Shown: positions 61,830 through 64,000 of the stretch, piece after piece
How the letters are laid out: each line of letters opens with the position of its first letter
Numbering within the stretch: the first letter of the stretch is position 1
Assembly (NCBI GenBank): GCA_964234715.1
Contig: OZ174277.1
DNA from: Podarcis melisellensis
Lineage: Eukaryota
DNA: 64,000 nucleotides
Strand: one strand, 5' to 3'
Translations under genes and position numbers: made by a program
Notes under the pieces: generated by a model
Databases searched by the model: none
Seen by the model: only the letters and a program-made list of their open reading frames with translations
What the model was told of the DNA's origin: nothing

Positions 61830-64000
61830 AAGTTAGGTGAACAATTTCTAAGATCTACTCATGCTGTCTGCCAAAAGATAGGAAGGGTAGAATGGCCACC
61901 CCATTCCAGAACATGATAGTCCATCAATATAAACCAAAAATCTTTAAGTGTTATGGTCCTCAAAGGAGCTGGACTTATTTTGGACCCCTTGTGTTAAATT
62001 CATATGACAGAGCAGGCAATAGAAAGTTAGTTCAATTTCTTGGATCTTAACTCCCACACACAGTGTTCTGCTCATAGAATGGAGCTTCCTTACATTCCTA
62101 GCTCAATTCCTTTCCCCCACTGCCCCTGAACAACCCCTGGAACCTTGAGGAGCCTTCAGAACAACAAGGGTGTGATCAGGGAGGAGATAGGAAATAAGCA
62201 AAAGTTTGAGGCCTTCCTTATATGCATGTGGAAGCTTCTCTCCTCTTATGCCCGGCATCTTTCTATCTAAGCCACAGAGGCAAATGATTCATTAAAATGC
62301 CTATATTATAGTTTATTAAAATGTTATAAAGATATGCTCAAGTGCACAAAAGTGTGCAGCTGCAAGGTTAACTGATTAATCAAACATAACAGTCTGTTTT
62401 GCCCCTGACGAACCTGTTCCTTAATTAACTTTTTAAACTTCCATGTTCTTTGTGGAACATTGTCTGTCTTCCAAAAAAAGTTAAATGCTGCCTCCTGAGC
62501 TGCATAATATGCGTTTACTTAAGCTTCCTGGAAAAACATTCATATCATTCCAAGGGTGACTAAATGTTTTCCATCCTCATAGCTAGCATTCCAGACAGCT
62601 TTTCTTTTCCCCGAGTTCATTACATGAAAAATACCAGTTCCAAGTTCAGTGCTAGAGAATTTCCTTCCTGGTGCCCAAATTCCTAATGCAGAAACAACAA
62701 AGTCGTTTTAAGGCTGCATTGCTTGGTTTGGTCCTTTAATTAAAACTTTACAGAAGAAATAAAAGCAAAGAATTCACAAAGGAGGTGATATTCTACAGCA
62801 ACAATAGAGGCAAAGGAAGAAACATGAAAACTCTCCCAACAGAGCAGACATGAGTATGGACAAGCCTGGAACAGAGTTGCATTCATTTCTCTTTTCTCTT
62901 TTTTCAACATATCTCCACCTTCTCAGCTTTTTATATGAAGGGCAACACAGATTCACCAACTTCACAAGATGCATATCAGTTCAGGAATATTTCCCCAAAA
63001 CAATGTCTAAACCACTGGACTCCCATAGCTATGTATGGTTCAAGCATTGTGTGTCCTTTTTCAGAAAAAAGGTCCCAAGACTGATCATTTGAAAGATCAT
63101 GACAAACTGCCACAAGTGAGAGTGCTCTTCACCATGGAATCCAGGTTCCAAAATAAATATATAAATAAATTTCACCTGAGGTATCTAGCCAAAGGCCTGG
63201 CTCTCTGTGAAATCAATGTCACCGTGGGCATCAAAAAAGGAAAGTCAATCAGGAGTGTGGCTTGTTGCTAACCTATCACAAATTTGGCCTCTTAGAATTC
63301 TGAACAGCTGCAGAGCTAGTGCTCTGAAAGTATCTAAAACCACAAAAAACCTAAAAATTCGGGGGGGGGGAAGCATTTTTTTGGTTCTCATGTTCTTATT
63401 TTCAGAAGCCTACATTTTTTAAATGTATTTTATAGTGGGGAGCCTGAAATAAAATTCATTTCTTTCAGAAACAATGATGTTTTGAAGCCAATTCAGTCTT
63501 GCTGCAAAACCCTTAGATCTATGATCCAAAGGTAATAATATTAGTGATGATAGTACTGAACAGGAAACAGGACTTCTTTTTTGAGAGAAATACTTTCCAA
63601 TGTTTCAGAAAATGGAACATCTTCAGATACTTGGCACCTTCTCATTTTTTCACTCCTAATCAACAATACTCAAACAACTACTAAGTTGCAATGGGAAGTA
63701 CATTCATGAAAATGTTCACCGTCCCCCACTATGAAATACAGCCCCTTTTCATGGCATTTGTATTCCTGCAAGAAAGTGTGCAAAGCTGCCAGGACAGCTT
63801 GGGAAGAATTACAGAAAGAATCACCCAGTTACCTGGGCAACAGAAATGTATCCTCTCCCTCCCTCCCCCCCCCCCTCTCTCCAATTCAGAGTGAGGGCAA
63901 TGGGAGGGCTTTGTTTGCTTTCACTACTATTATCACATAGTCAAACCTGATCTGATGGTATTCAGAAGAGGGGTGCATAACAGAAGGAAAAACAAACATG

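Overview
Vertebrate genomic DNA, most likely from a squamate. A lacertid lizard is inferred from the repeat families but not proven. Two spliced protein-coding genes lie on the minus strand. FEZ2 (UNC-76 family kinesin-1 adaptor) is complete: 9 coding exons from a CpG-island first exon (ATG 23776) to the stop at 6597, including an 81-nt cassette exon. CRIM1 is present as its 3' part: 10 coding exons matching human exons 8-17 (56548 to 30757), plus a ~2.7 kb 3'UTR containing a 157-N assembly gap. All of these exons were read by hand with GT/AG boundaries and consistent phases. Introns and the intergenic region hold a decayed IR/DR Tc1 transposon, Tc1/mariner-type and hAT MITEs, two solo LTRs, CR1, L2 and RTE LINE fragments, tRNA-derived SINEs, a possible DIRS remnant and microsatellites. 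I found no CRISPR, rRNA or genuine tRNA genes and no clearly new multi-gene system. Three things most merit follow-up. First, CRIM1 and FEZ2 are head-to-tail here, whereas they are convergent in human and mouse. Second, FEZ2's last intron holds two phase-compatible candidate alternative terminal exons, each with its own AATAAA. Third, there is a fish/amphibian-like Tc1 element and a hAT MITE carrying TTAGGG repeats.
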